Shown piece by piece: positions 51,533-64,000 of a DNA stretch of 64,000 nucleotides (position 1 is its first letter; each line of letters starts with the position of its first letter). The notes below the pieces were generated by a model. It did not search any database. It was not told the origin of the DNA and was given only the letters and a program-made list of their open reading frames with translations. A program made the position numbers and the translations under genes. The stretch is taken from NCBI GenBank assembly GCA_008632985.1, contig QPGO01000107.1, positions 1 through 64,000 on the forward strand, in the 5' to 3' direction. This DNA comes from Psammoneis japonica (taxonomy: Eukaryota).

Positions 51533-53005
51533 ATGGCGGAGGACAACATCATTGCGTCTGGCAAAGCAGAGGATGTGGCAGCTCCGGAAGTCATGGCAGA
51601 ACTCACGGGCGCCGAAGGCGCGGCGGCAGCTGCCATGACTGCACTTGGCGCCGAGGGAAGTGCCGAGGGTGTGTCCGTCGAGTCCGAACGCGCAAGGATG
51701 TCGGAGAAGCCGGCGCAGTCCCAAACTGAAAAGAGGGAGAAAGCCGTGCTGCCAGAGCCAACCTTTCAAATTTGTGGTTGGAATGAAGCACAGCAGCTGG
51801 GTCACACCGCTGAGCAGCTCCTTGAGGCCGGTTGCAAGATCGAGTTGGTGGGTGATCAGGCCACCTTTGTGAAACCGGAGGTCCTGCCTTTTTGCAGCGG
51901 CAAAAGCGAGGAGGCAGCCAAGCCCGCGGCCAAAGTGGTCACGAAAGCAACGGCGGAAGAGGAAGAAGAAGGAAAGCAATTTCCGGACCCCAACGAGCCG
52001 TCATTCGACTTGTGGGACTGGGTGTTGCGGCACGAAAAATCCGACAATTTCCAGGAGTCCATGTGCCTGATGAAGGATGCGCCAAACAATCCCGACCTCT
52101 GGTTCCCCGCGCTGGGAGAACTGGGGTGCATCAGGAGCGACCCTGAAGCCGTCGCGAATGCTCACGGCGAACACTGCAAGTGGGTGTGGAGGTGCCGCAC
52201 GGAAGTCGGTGAGAGGGGCATCCCAGACTCGACGCCGAAGAGCAACAAAGTGTTCAAGACCACCGTCGAGGCTTTCGAAGTGGGGTGGTTGCTCACACTG
52301 GTCCACCTCGTGAAGAGAGTGAGCACAGAAGTGTGCACATTTGGATGAGGTGCCGTGTCACTTCAACCTGCGTTGTTTTGCCTCGAAAAGTCCGTTCGCT
52401 CCGCAGGCCCCAAGGAGGTGGAGGTGGGCGAGCTGCGCATGTCACAACGGAGGGGCAAAGGCATTGGTTTTTTTGCTTTGCACCAGTTCCAGAAAGGCAG
52501 TGCGGTTGGAATCTACGTGGGCCCCAGGGTGCCCGGTGCGACGAGGAGCCACTCGTGGTGCGACCATGACAGCAAGTTTGGAGAAGACCACAGCATGTGC
52601 TGCTCCACCATCCGTGACAGCGAGGGCCACTGCGTCACAGTGGAGCCAAAACCGCTTGATTTTAGCGGTCCAGGGAACAAGAATTCCCATCCACTCTACC
52701 TCGGAATGCACTGTGTGAACAATGCCACCGAGTCGTTCAAGGACAAGAAGAAGATCAAGGCAAGCCAACATGCGGACAACAACTGCGAGTTCTACAACGA
52801 CGGGTGCTTGGCAGTCACGAAGCGAATCATGCCCAGGGAGGAATTTCTCTCCAGATGCAACTTGGACGAATCGGAGAAGAAGAAGAAGAAGAGGAAGGCA
52901 ATGTCGGGTGCCATGAATCGGAAGAAGAAATCGCGTCTACTCCCCAAGTTGGGGGGGAGAAGCTCTGCGTCTGGCAAAACGTTTGCCGTGCAGTGTGCTC
53001 TGTAA
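51533..53005 (+). pseudogene. SET-domain-like protein (probable Helitron cargo), one internal TGA
   Basis: ORFs 51413..52348 and 52355..53005 are in frame. C-terminal GIGFFALHQFQKGSAVGIYVG...MHCVNN...NNCEF..DG....TKRIMPREEFLSRC follows SET motif order. Confidence 0.6.
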
Positions 53006-53615
53006 ATTAGCAGCACAGGACGGGTTCCAGTCCCAGGTGGGACTTTTTGTGACATTGGGCCTGCAGAATTCTACGTGCGAGCTCCGCAGTAAAATCATTG
53101 AGCAATGGACATGTGAATGATCGCCAACAGAAAAAGAGGCAATTTTGCGAACGTGTCTCCTCCTCCACACTTGAAGTGCATTCTTTACAGTGTGCCCGGG
53201 CATGTTCTTTAGACATTGAAGAACACACCCAGCGCATTTTTGTTGACACAAGTGCAGATGACAGAAAGCCTTTGGCTTCGCAAAACAGGCAGTGTGGAAC
53301 AATTTTTTATGATGGAACACGCAGAAATGTGCGTGCGAAACATGCGACGGATGACAAAAAATAATTGTGTCACAGTTCAGCAGTGCGAGGTCCCACCTAG
53401 AGCTGGAACAAGTCACAGTGTGTTGGTGTTTTTCAGCGAAACTGTGGCATTAGTTGGAAAGGCGCAGCCCTGGTTGTGGTTCGAAAAATGGGAACGAGGA
53501 AGAACAGAAAGTCGGCAAATTTGCGCAAATCCAGCAAATTGGCAGGTGCCTGCACAGTCGCCTGAGCACAGAAAGTCAGCAAATTTACGCAAATTTAGCA
53601 AGTTATTTTGCGCTG

Positions 53616-55085
53616 TCACAGTCGCCTGAGAATGGTCTCTTCCTCTAGAGAAAGGGGGATTGAATTGTCACTCTTGCCCACCACAGCACTCTTCAGGTGG
53701 AGAGACACACAGAAGAACTCGTCGTTTGAGTTTGTCCTGCTGGAGATGCAGCGGCACTTGGTGGGGTTAAAAATGATGACATCACCAAGCCGGAGTGCAA
53801 TGGAGATGCCTTCGGCGGGGAAGCAGAAGTGCGCCACAATCCCGTCATTCATGGTGTGGCTGCCGGACGGAGGGACTCCCACCACGGTGACCACTGACAG
53901 GAAGAAGTCCTGGCCCCAATGGGTGTTGAGGAAGACATTGCGCCCAGCCGCCAGAGAGGAGAAAATGCCATCTGACCGCACCAGGGATTTCCAGTTGTGA
54001 AACTTTTTGACACGAGTGATGCCCTTGAGGATGGCACAGTCCACGCACTCATTGACAAGGTGCTCCATGCATGAAAGAAGTCTGGTGAGGTGGTGAGTGT
54101 GTTGGTCGGCTGTGCCAGGCTGCTTGCAAGAAATTCGAGCGTCTCTCGTGGCAGCCAGGCCAATCGTGGAATGCTTGCTCCTGTCCGTCTCCATGAAGGT
54201 AACGCGTTGTTTGCTGTGCACGGTGGACTGGGCGGTGCAGCATTCTAGTGCTTCGAGCGCTCGGCACTGAGCAACCAGTTCTGCTGGGTTGGGGGAGCTG
54301 AACACCACAGCAGAACGCGGCAGCAGGGTGCAGGTGTTGTCGCAGCGGCAACCGTCCAAGCCAAAGAAAGGCTTCAGATCGAGCACAGGGTCACAGACGA
54401 CCAGAGGAGCCAATTCGGCAAAGTCAATGTCAGCAAGACAAGGTGGTGCAGGCTGAGTGCAGTCGCCATCACAAACTAGAGTGCGGTCAGCTACGCAGTG
54501 CATGGAGAGACTCTCAGTGGCGCACGGTGCGAGTGGAACGAGGCGAGCAATCTTGGATGTTTTCCTGCTGGCGCGGCTGCGGATTCGCCTGCGGCTGCGG
54601 TGGGCCTTACGAAGTGGCGGTTGAGCCCTCAACACGTTCTCATGTGTCCTGGCATGCATTGACGATGCGGTGTTCGCAGAGAACGTGTGTGCGAACTCAC
54701 CGGCAAATGTTCCGCTGCTTGACACTGTCACTGTTGTCTCAACAGTGCCCAAAGCAGAACTCTGTCGACAGGGACCGGTGGACTCCAGGGGAGTGGGGTC
54801 AAAACCCAATCGAGAGATGTGTCTGCTTTCCATTGCCTCAAGAGCACCCAAAGCAAAACTCTGTTGACAGGGACCGGCGGACTCCAGGGGAGTGGAGTCG
54901 AAACCCAATCGCGAGAAGCATTTGCTTGTTGTCGGGCTGTGAGCTGCACGTCCCAAACCCCCACACTGTCGAGACCGGCTGTAACTTGATCGCGACAAGT
55001 GCTTGTCATTGGCAGGACGACGCAGCGAGGCACGAGGCAGTTGCAACATGGTGTGTCTCAATTTGAAATGTGTTTCAAAATGCAA
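53616..55085 (-). pseudogene. 2OG-Fe(II) dioxygenase, TET/JBP-like C-terminal domain (degenerate)
   Basis: NTHWGQDFFLSVV...HFCFP..GISIALRLGDVIIFNP..CRCISS...CVSLHLK fits a DSBH layout, with altered HxD and distal His positions. An in-frame 99-bp repeat lies at 54747-54917. Confidence 0.5.
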
Positions 55086-55379
55086 TGACGGAAGTGTTGT
55101 CGCGTTGTTTTTGTCTCCGCGGAGGGAGGATCATCCCACGGCAATCTCAGCACGAGTTCTCGCGTAGAAGTGCGTTGCGTGCCATGCCAGCTCGTGCGTT
55201 TGAATTGCACGGACACACAAGTGCGGCAACGATGAGAAGCAGGCCGAGATTCAAAACAAATTTTATCGCCCAAAGGCGTCTCATTGTTTCAACGCATCCA
55301 CATGTCTGTTTAAAATGACTTCATGCATCGCTCCATGCGCAGGTAGAGGTGGCACGCCGCGTTTGAAAATTTCGCGCGC

Positions 55380-56366
55380 ATGGAGGGCGCGACGGCACTT
55401 TTACGCATTCTGCGCACGTCACAGTTTGGTTTGGAAACGCGACGTCTGGTCAAACCCGCTGCAAGCAAGGTTGATGTTGCCACAAGGTTGGATGCGATGA
55501 ACCATCGTTGCAGAAGTGTGAGGGAGTTTTATCTTCAAACGGCTCCGGACTCCGTGTTCCAGAGCAGGCGTGTCTCCGGAGACGGAAGCAGATCTTCGCA
55601 CGGCGGCGAAGTTGGCTTCGCTTTGAGCAGCGAAGTGTTTTTGAACGAATGCCTTCTTGGCGTGAATCACACCTGCGATGCATCTGTCGACATGGGCGGG
55701 GGAGTTGCCGGACCCAGCATCGGGCTCAAGTTACTTCGTCGCCGTTGCACCGTGGTGAGCATCGAGGCCGACCACGATCATCACCAAGAGGCTGTACGTT
55801 GGGCTCATTGTGCTGGCCTTCACTCGAACGGCGGGTTAGAGTTGATCAACAAGTCATTCTTGGACAAGAGGCTGGCTCCTTTGTGGAAAAAGAAAGGACT
55901 CAAGGTGTTCTTCAACAACTGCAACTCCCGCATGGTCGACGACAAGAACACACAGCAGAAGGCAGAGGCGATGCTTTCGAAGTTGTGTCGTGCTGGGACC
56001 GTGGTGGTGGCGCTAGATCCGCTGTTCGCGTCGCACGCAGGAGAGTGGATGTGCGAGTCCTTCACGGCGGATTGCCATGATGGCGACTTTTTGTGGCACA
56101 GCGGAGACGTGAAACATCTCGTCTTCCACAAGCACACCAAGAAAGAGGAGACTTCTCAGTCAACCAGCCAGCACGTGCGACATCCCACTCCGACACACTT
56201 GGAACGGAAGCATTTGCCCATCGCGAAATGGCCAATTTTACTTAAGAACTCAACTGAACTGTTTTTTTGCCATCACTGTGCTGGACGTCACATGCCAGTT
56301 GCTCCACTCAATTCGCCATTGCTTCGCGGTGACGACAAGTTGTCGTCGGAGATGGTGCACACTTGA
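55380..56366 (+). pseudogene. Class I methyltransferase, DOT1-like (degenerate)
   Basis: GGE...D..VDMGGGVA (motif I), VVSIE, SFLD, KVFFNN, L..LCRAGTVVVALDP resemble the DOT1 motif series (GE, DLGSG, GIE, F.NN, G..IVS). Confidence 0.55.
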
Positions 56367-56455
56367 AGAGACAGAGGAAAGCTGAGTTGCAATCGACACT
56401 TGGTTTGCCAAACATTTACAAATTCACACTGCACCGGCAAAAAAAAAAAAACAAC

Positions 56456-57328
56456 TCAGTCTTCGTCACTGTCCTGAAGCACCAAGTCGTCATCGACGTT
56501 CAGGTCAACTTCGCAGTTGAGCTCGACATCATCGTTGGCCTCTTCTCCAGCTTCTTCTGCCGGAGCTCCAATGAGACGACAGAGTTCCACAGGCAACGAC
56601 CCCTCGTAGAAGCAACTGTGAAGCAAGTTCTTGTTTTGGGCGCACCAACCGATGTGAAACTGACCACCTTCCTTCTGAAGCTCGGCAAGCGCCGCCTCGT
56701 TGCCGATCACTTCGGACCAAACAGCATCCTTCATCCAGAAGAAGTCGTCTTCAACGAAGACCTCGGTGTTGTTCTCAGGGTCATCGTTGAGCTGCTTCGC
56801 AATGCACTTCCCAAGGCCGCGCACTTTAGCATCGGTTGGGACTTCTTCGAGGAAGATGAAGAAGAGACGCACGGCGCAGTTCTTGGCGTTCGTCTGCAAC
56901 TCGCCTTCATGAACCCACCTGCCAGCATGAGGGTGGAATCTGACTTGAACCGCCCACGGAGTCCTGCTGCGAAGGTTGTCAAACAGAACCTTCTCCGACC
57001 AAACATTGGCCAAAAGGGGATTCTTGGCTTGGAGACAAAAAACGACGCCTTTCTTGTGGCCGACAGTGACGGTGGCGCAGCGCAGGAGGGCGTCCTTGTC
57101 GGAATGGCTGCCATTGTCAGAACCAGCGGATTTGGAAAGCTTGAACCCGTGCTTGGCAAGGTGGTCTTCCGGTTTAAGGTCGTCGTTGGTCAAGCCGTTG
57201 GTCTTGCGGGGCGGACTTAGTTTCTTCAACAGAGCATCAGAAAACTTCGTCTTTGCCTTCTTCTGTTTGGTTTCGGCGACTTTGGCTTTCGCAGCCGGGG
57301 AGGTCGTTGTGTTTCTTTTGCGTGCCAT
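56456..57328 (-). pseudogene. TpA-converted ORF of unknown function, basic N-terminus and acidic tail
   Basis: MARKRNTTTSP... about 290 codons with a single Tyr. Confidence 0.4.
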
Positions 57329-57870
57329 CGAATCAGTCGGAGAGAAATTGTGGGAACAAAAAGTGCGATCGTTCAGAAGTGCCAAGAAAGACCCAGCAGA
57401 GCTGTGCACATCATGCCAAGGAGAACTGGCAACGTCAGCAACTAGATCCAAACACGTCAAACTGCAACAAGGTGACCTTCCAGGTGTCAGCACTTGCAAG
57501 TGGTGTGTGGACTCAATTTGAACAAAACAGGTGCAAGGATCAGAGCACGCAAAGTCGCACTGAGTTCACTGAAAATGCGCAAAATCACGCGCAATTCCGT
57601 CCGTGCTTCATGTGTGTTTCAGCCGTTGCTGCCGCGCGGCCATCGCTCACGAAATCTAGTCGCCAAACGGTCGACGCCATCGCTGTCACTGCTGTGCCGG
57701 CAGTCAGCTAAGGTGGGCCCATCACCCATTTGGAGGATTCGCGCGCACTTTGGAAACACCAATGACATCAATCGCATTGTCGTTGCCACACGACTGACTC
57801 AACTGCCCCGCCACTCGTTAAAGCGTGATTCCACGGAATTTGCGCAAAGCTGCGCCCACCACCAAGATTG

Positions 57871-57975
57871 CCGAAACAACTTGAACAAGATCCGAATCTT
57901 GCCCCATGGAATGTTCAGAGCAGATGGTCGAAACAACTTGAACAAGATCCAGATCTCATCCCATGGGATGTTCAA
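57871..57975. repeat. 57-bp tandem duplication
   Basis: CGAAACAACTTGAACAAGATCC....CCCATGG.ATGTTCA twice. Confidence 0.8.
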
Positions 57976-58159
57976 CGTCGACGAAACTGAGTGGGATGTC
58001 GTGCGTCTGGTGCAAAGAAGGACGTGGGAGGAACGCACACGTCACTCTTCCGTCAAGGTGAAAGAGGCACACTTTCGTCTCACTTTTTTGTGACAGAACC
58101 TTTGCGCAAGAAAAACGAAAAGCATCCAACTGCGGTGATTGGGCCACACTGATCACAGT

Positions 58160-58810
58160 TCTCAGTTCTCACAGTGACCTGGCAACGCAGGTTGTGAGAT
58201 GACGCACAAGCTCAGCTGCGGTGGCTGGACGACACCAGTCGCAGCTCTCACAGAGACCTGATCGCACAGGTTGTGAGAACACGACACAACGCTGCGGTGA
58301 TCGGATGGCACCGACGCAGTTCATCAAGCAACTGATTCACTTGGCTGCGGTGACTGGACGACACCAGTCGCAGCTCTCACAGTGACCTGATTGCACAGGT
58401 TGTGAGCAAACAACACAGCGCTGCACCTCGCAATGCAGGTTGTGAGACAACGCACAAGCTCAGCTGCGGTGACTGGACGACACCAGTCGCAGCTCTCACA
58501 GAGACCTGATCGCACAGGTTGTGAGAACACGACACAACGCTGCAGTGATCGGGCAGCACCGACGCAGTTCGTCAAGCAACCAATTGGCTCGGCTGCGGTG
58601 ACTGGACAGCACCAGTCGCAGTGCTCACAGCGACCTGATTGCACAGGTTGTGAGAAGACGACACAGCGCTGCGGTGAACGGATGGCACCAACGCGGTTCG
58701 TTGATCAACTGGACAGAACCACTGCGGTGACTGGACGACACCAGTCGCAGTGCTGCAGGTGGTGAGAAAACACACATCACTGTGGTGATTGGATGGCACC
58801 GATCGCAGCT
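58160..58810. repeat. Array of about five 119-129-bp hairpin-containing units upstream of RepHel
   Basis: Core CTGCGGTGACTGGACGACACCAGTCGCAG at about 58215, 58344, 58463, 58592 and 58721. Confidence 0.88.
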
Positions 58811-58895
58811 TCACGGTGATCGCACTGAAAAAACAACTGTTTTTGCTGAGTGACTTCTTGAAATTTGTTGAGTCAAAGTGCCAGCTTAAATTAAA

Positions 58896-61800
58896 ATGGA
58901 CGAGGCCAACTCCCGTGTTTGTGGTGCAATCAATGGAAAGTTTGAGATGCTTTGTCTGCATGGAGATGGAGAATTTAGACCACACGTGTGTTCAGTCTGT
59001 GACGTTCTGCTGAAACCTAGAGAAGTTTGCTGCTTGCCGCTCGAAACATTGGAATCAGCAAGAAACTCACTCACCCCTTCAGACTGGAACAGCGCATCTG
59101 ATCGTCTCAAGTCCTGCCACACTGTAGAGCATGAAGATGCTGATTGGATCAAAGACCTGCTGCTTTCTCCCCGTGCCCAACACGTGGCACAGGAAGACAG
59201 ACGACGCGTCGACGGATTCACTTGCTGCAGCGAATGCCGAAGAAGCCTGGGAAGAGCCGTTGTGCCAATGCACGCGACAGCAAACAACTGCTGTTTCGGT
59301 GCCCCGCCGCACGAACTGTTGTCTCCAACCAAAGTAGAATTGGCAATGCTCACACCAGTGAAAACATGTGGATGCTGCTTCAGTTGCCTTGGTGGCAAAC
59401 AGAAGAAGCTTCAGGGAAGTCTGATGTGCTACAAAGTCAAGATGCAACGCATCGTAAGAACTGTTGTGCACTTCGACGTGCTGAATTTACATCAGAGTGT
59501 GATTGCACTGATGACTGGAAAGATGACTCCGGAGCAAAGACAACTTGTGCGTTCAAAGAACAGAATTAGGATGCACTGCATGCCAAGGGCAATGGAATGG
59601 CTGTTGCACCACAACCAAGAGTGGGTGTGCCAACAGATGAATCTAGATGAAGTCAGGCGCAATCTGCGGAATCCCGCACTTGTTGACAGCACCAGCGAAG
59701 AAGAAGGAGAAAATGCGAACATTGAGACCTCAGAGTCATTTCATGTTTGCTTTCCTGATGGAACCATGTCTCCTGCGACCGGTGGTCAGCGCAACCTGGG
59801 CTGCTTCAAAGATCTTGTGCATGAAGCTGCTGCCAACGGATTTGATTTAGAGGTGCAAGCGCAGTTGTCCAAAGAATCTGCGAGTGATTTCAAAGGCAAC
59901 AACTTCATTGGCGCGTGTCTGCTGCAGTTTCCTTTTGGCAGAGGAGGAATCAATGAGACGAGAATGAAGAAAGACGGAAGTCTCACAGATGGCACCAACC
60001 TTGCACACCATGCCGACCACTTGGCATGGATTTCCCAGCCTCACTTCCATGAGCAGCTCTTCGTGTTAATGTGCTGCAACTTGACAATGAAGCAAAGGAT
60101 GCTGCAGAGCGCAGGGTGGAAAGTCAGGGACAAGAATCAGGCTGCACAGTTTGCAAACGAACTGACAGTGGACGATGTGGACAGAGCTGTTTGTGATCAC
60201 AACTTGGGCGAGAGAAGAGATTGTGGACTCGGGCACCACTTTTTGCGTGCACTCGACGTTGCATCTGCGTCTCTGCCACACAGCAACGAAGCAGCAAAGA
60301 AAATGAGGAGAAACGCCAAAACTTGTCAGCATCATTTTGGCCAGGGTGGCATTTTCTTAACCGTCAGTCCGGACGATGCAAATTCGTTTCTTGTGCAACT
60401 GCACTCGGGTGTCATCCTGGACCCAAACGAAGACGTGACACAACTGACGGACGAAATTCTTGCTGGCAGGGCTGAGCAACGCAATGAACTGCGTCTGAAG
60501 TTTCCCGGTCTGACAGCCTTTGCATTCGAGTGCTTGTTTGACATTGCAACAGAAGAGGCAGTGGGTTGGGATCTGAGTGCTGACCAACCAAGAGAAAACT
60601 TTAACTTCTACATTGGCAGGCCAGCCGCATTTTTAGCCACAGTCAAGGAGCAGGGACGTCCAACAGCACACGGACACATGCAGATCTGGTTCGCATCGAT
60701 CAACAATGCAAGAGAGAAACTGCATTTGCCAACAAGACAGATCCGACGTGAAGGTGCTGAGTGCCTTGCCAACATGGTTCAGAAGATCTGCAGCACGGAG
60801 CTAATCTGCAGTGAGGACTTCAGCACCAACGCGTTGCGTGAAGCATTCGATCATGACTGCACAGTGCCAAAAATGTGTCGCACCTCTCCAAAAGCAGCAG
60901 ACGACCAACAGCTGAGAAGCCTGAGGCACAAAGACGGCCAGCAGTCGAAGAACGGAATGTTTGCTTGTTGTCGTCACTGCACCAAGTGCTGGACAAACGT
61001 CGAGTTTGTAGAAAGCTTTTTACAGTCACGGCACCGTGCACCTGGCCTGACTCACTGTCCAGACAACCATGCAAAGCAACTAAAAGCAATGTGTGTACAG
61101 TGCCAGCGAAGTGGTCCGCAAGGGACAACAGAGGCACACACACCGGACGCAGCTTACAACCATCACATGCACGTTACGAAGTCATGTTTTCCCAAATGCG
61201 CAGAGTCACGTAAAATGCGTAAAAAAACCCCACACGAGGAACTGGACACGCAGTCAAGGAAAAGGAAACGAGAGGAGCTCAAACCAGGTGACTGCCGTCA
61301 CAGGCAACCAGCTGCTTCGTGTCCAAATGATTTGGCAAGGAACGCAGATGACACTCAGATAAAGTGGTTCAGCTGGGATGGAACTTTTGCGCATCGGTGC
61401 ATGAAGGAAGTTGTTCCGAAGAGGAGAAAGTGCAATGCTTTTCAAAACGTGTCGTGCCCTGCAACAAGCAGATCAAAACTGACATGCAACACAAACATTG
61501 CTTCATTGATGCCTGGACCGTCCACTCAATGCACGATTGAGTGCATCCTAAAAGATGCCCAGAAAGATGACACTGCATCGTACGACGAAGTGCTTCGAAC
61601 TACGAACAGGACAGCGACGGAATTACAGAAACACGCATCTGATGCATCGGAAGCAATCAGACGTCTCACATGGGGTGCTCACTCGCACAACAAGACGAGC
61701 GTCATTGGACCACCACTTGCGTCTTACACAAGAAGGAACGGAAGCCGTTTCATCGAATCTCATTTGACCGCATGGGGCCCCTTGAAAGACATTGTCAGCA

Positions 61801-64000
61801 CACTAGAAAGAGATGAAGTGTCTGCGACTGCAGCCCATTTTGGCGATGCACCGTTCTTCCAATGCCAGGCCTTGCACTGCCCATGTCGTCCAACAGCACT
61901 GGAGAATCTCAGTCCGTTTGCGTTTTTTAGTGAGTGCGAAGTTCTTTGCAACACAAGGAAAAATGAACACGGCATGATGATGTTCGACAACAGAGCGCAC
62001 GGGCACCCATCTCACAATTCAATGAAGAATGAGTTTCTTCAAGGTGTCAGACAGCGACAGCAACCGCGATTGTTGAAAGCACTTCAGTGTGATTTTCCTG
62101 ATGCAGCCAAGTTTGGCAGTTGCCTTGCAGATCTGCAGCAACCAACAACACCAGACAAAGAATTGCACTGCAAGTTGGCATTGGCCTTGTTTGCGCCTTG
62201 CAGAACAATGATGGAACTCAAACCAACAACCCATGCACACCTGCGTGAATTCCAACTCTCCGCAGCAGCCGGTGTTGTTGCAGAGGAAAACTTGAACTTC
62301 TTGCAGAACCTGCAGGATGCTAAGTCCAACTGCCTTCATCTCAAAAGCACATCTGACGATCTGCAAAGAAAGACGGAGCAATTTAGACCTGCTGACGTTG
62401 CGTTTGACTGTCACAAAAGTGACAAGGAAGAAGGTCTTTCAGGTGCCGTTCAGGGTCAACCACTGGATGCACTCTTGGAAGAAATGGCAGAGCAGCCAGA
62501 AGACGATGACATTGGGTTGAGCGACCAAGCAGTTGTTCCTGCACATTTGAGCGGCAAACGTGCAAGACAGAAAGGTTCACACATGGGTGGCTGCAAATGC
62601 TTGGCAGACATGCACACTGACCCACCAAACGAGGAAAGCCAGGTCAATGAACGACAACTTTTTGAGAATCTAGAGGGCGGCGATGACACCGATGAGGAAG
62701 ACCAGAATGAAGGAGTGCAACAACACATCCACAGCAGACCTCTGTCAAGAGACGACATTGTTCAAGCGATGCTGACTAGAACGCAAAGAACAAGAAGGTC
62801 GTTTGAGGACATGACAGGTTTGGAAGAACACGTCGATGTACGTCAAGCAAACGGATCTGCAGCAAGTGTCGTAGACTGGGCTGGGAAAGCAAGACTGGAC
62901 AGGCAACAGCAGCGTGCCTTTGAAATTCTAGCAGGAACCTTTGTGCTCACTTGCTGCCAAGACGCTCTTCAAGACGAGATGTCACGCAATGGACTCAACA
63001 GGAGAAACAGCAGACACAAATTCGCAACAAACCTTCGCCGATTGAAGAAACTCGTGGAAGTGCAAAGACGCAGAACGTTGCAACTTGTGTGTTTTTTACA
63101 TGGTGCAGGTGGAAGTGGCAAATCAACCACAGTGGACCTCGTCGTGGAATGCGGAAGAGAGCATTGCTCGCTTGTTGAGCAGCCGTTCACAACAAGCACA
63201 ATCAGAGTGACTGCACTGACCGGAGTGGCTGCGACTGTTCTCAAAGGGGGCACAATCCACCGAGTTGCACACCTTGTGAGAAGAAAGCAAATGGCCGAAG
63301 AGCAAATTGAAGCATGGTCAGACACGAGACTTTTGGTGGCAGATGAGATTTCTTTTGCAAGCAAGAGAGAACTGGAAAAACTCCATGAGAATTCAACAGC
63401 ATTGAAGAGCGAACCAAGCAAGCCGTGCGGTGGCATCAACATTGTTTTCGCAGGTGACCTCAGGCAACTAGAACCAGTCGGAAAAGGAGTGAAACCACTG
63501 TGCAAAGATGCATGTCCCGAGTTTCACGAGTGGATCAACTGCTGCACAGAACTTCGTGGTGCGCGCAGGTTCAAAGACGATCCATCATGGGGAAAACTGC
63601 TCAAGAGATTCCGCACTGGTGAGATTGCAGTTGACGATGTAGAGCACATCAACGAACGAGCAGTTCAGAACGAAGATGATCTGCCCAGTGACCTCCGCCA
63701 TGCCACGTGCGCAAATAAGGACAGAGATGCAATCAACACTGGCCTGTTCGAAAAAAGAGCAGAAACACTGCATGGAAGAGATGGAGACGTCCTTGACTCA
63801 ATGTTGATTTTCAGTGACGACTTGCAGGTGCAGAATGGCACGAGACTCTGCCAACCATTTCTGGTTTGCAACAGCTTCTGGAACAACTGTGGTGAAGGAG
63901 ACGTTGTCATGCAATCAGGAAGAATGGATCCAGTCTTGTGAATTTGCAGAAGATGCAGAGTCATGACACCTTTCAACGAAAATGCAGCAAACGGTCAAGC
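58896..64000 (+). mobile_element. Helitron Rep/helicase (HUH endonuclease plus PIF1 helicase), TpA-converted, runs off the window
   Basis: FPFGRGG, FLTVSPDD, EQGR..AHGHMQIW (HUH), CNTNI...CTIECILK (YxxxY position), GAGGSGKS, DEIS, GGINIVFAGDLRQLEPV, RFKDD. The TGA at 63939-63941 is probably secondary. 5 Tyr in 1681 aa. Confidence 0.9.

Noticed and set aside
58160..58810. CRISPR array
   Set aside because: The sequences between cores are homologous to each other rather than unique spacers, there are no cas genes, and the context is eukaryotic.
43087..63941. Alternative genetic code (TGY/CAY read as Tyr)
   Set aside because: Host genes in the same window use TAY at conserved Tyr positions, and nucleotide alignments show real substitutions, including in non-coding DNA.

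Overview
Eukaryotic nuclear DNA, most likely from a diatom: it has GT-AG introns, a bipartite plastid presequence of the 'AF(V/A)P' type on porphobilinogen synthase, and diatom-type copia/gypsy elements. An island of ordinary host genes at about 23.8-41.5 kb (kinase, nucleotide-sugar transporter, hemB, spermidine synthase, PhyH dioxygenase, SAM methyltransferase, DEAD-box helicase, M3 peptidase) is flanked by transposon-rich blocks. These contain two gypsy remnants, a Sola-like transposon nested in a TTAA/piggyBac-like element, a complete copia element with both LTRs and a TSD, and a large Helitron with neighbouring SET-, DOT1- and TET/JBP-like ORFs. The main observation is that almost all repeat-derived DNA has undergone near-saturating conversion of TpA to TpG or CpA (A:T to G:C in a TpA context, with both products seen on the same strand). 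This is the opposite direction to fungal RIP. Internal controls polarise it: in a duplicated host gene 21 of 21 TpA sites are converted in the decayed copy; the two LTRs of one insertion differ almost only at TpA; a TTAA target duplication has become TTGA; and conserved tyrosines have become Cys or His (YVDD to CVDD). I infer a RIP-like, chromosome-level anti-transposon hypermutation system whose mechanism I cannot match to a described pathway. All domain calls are by-eye motif recognition; no database searches were run.
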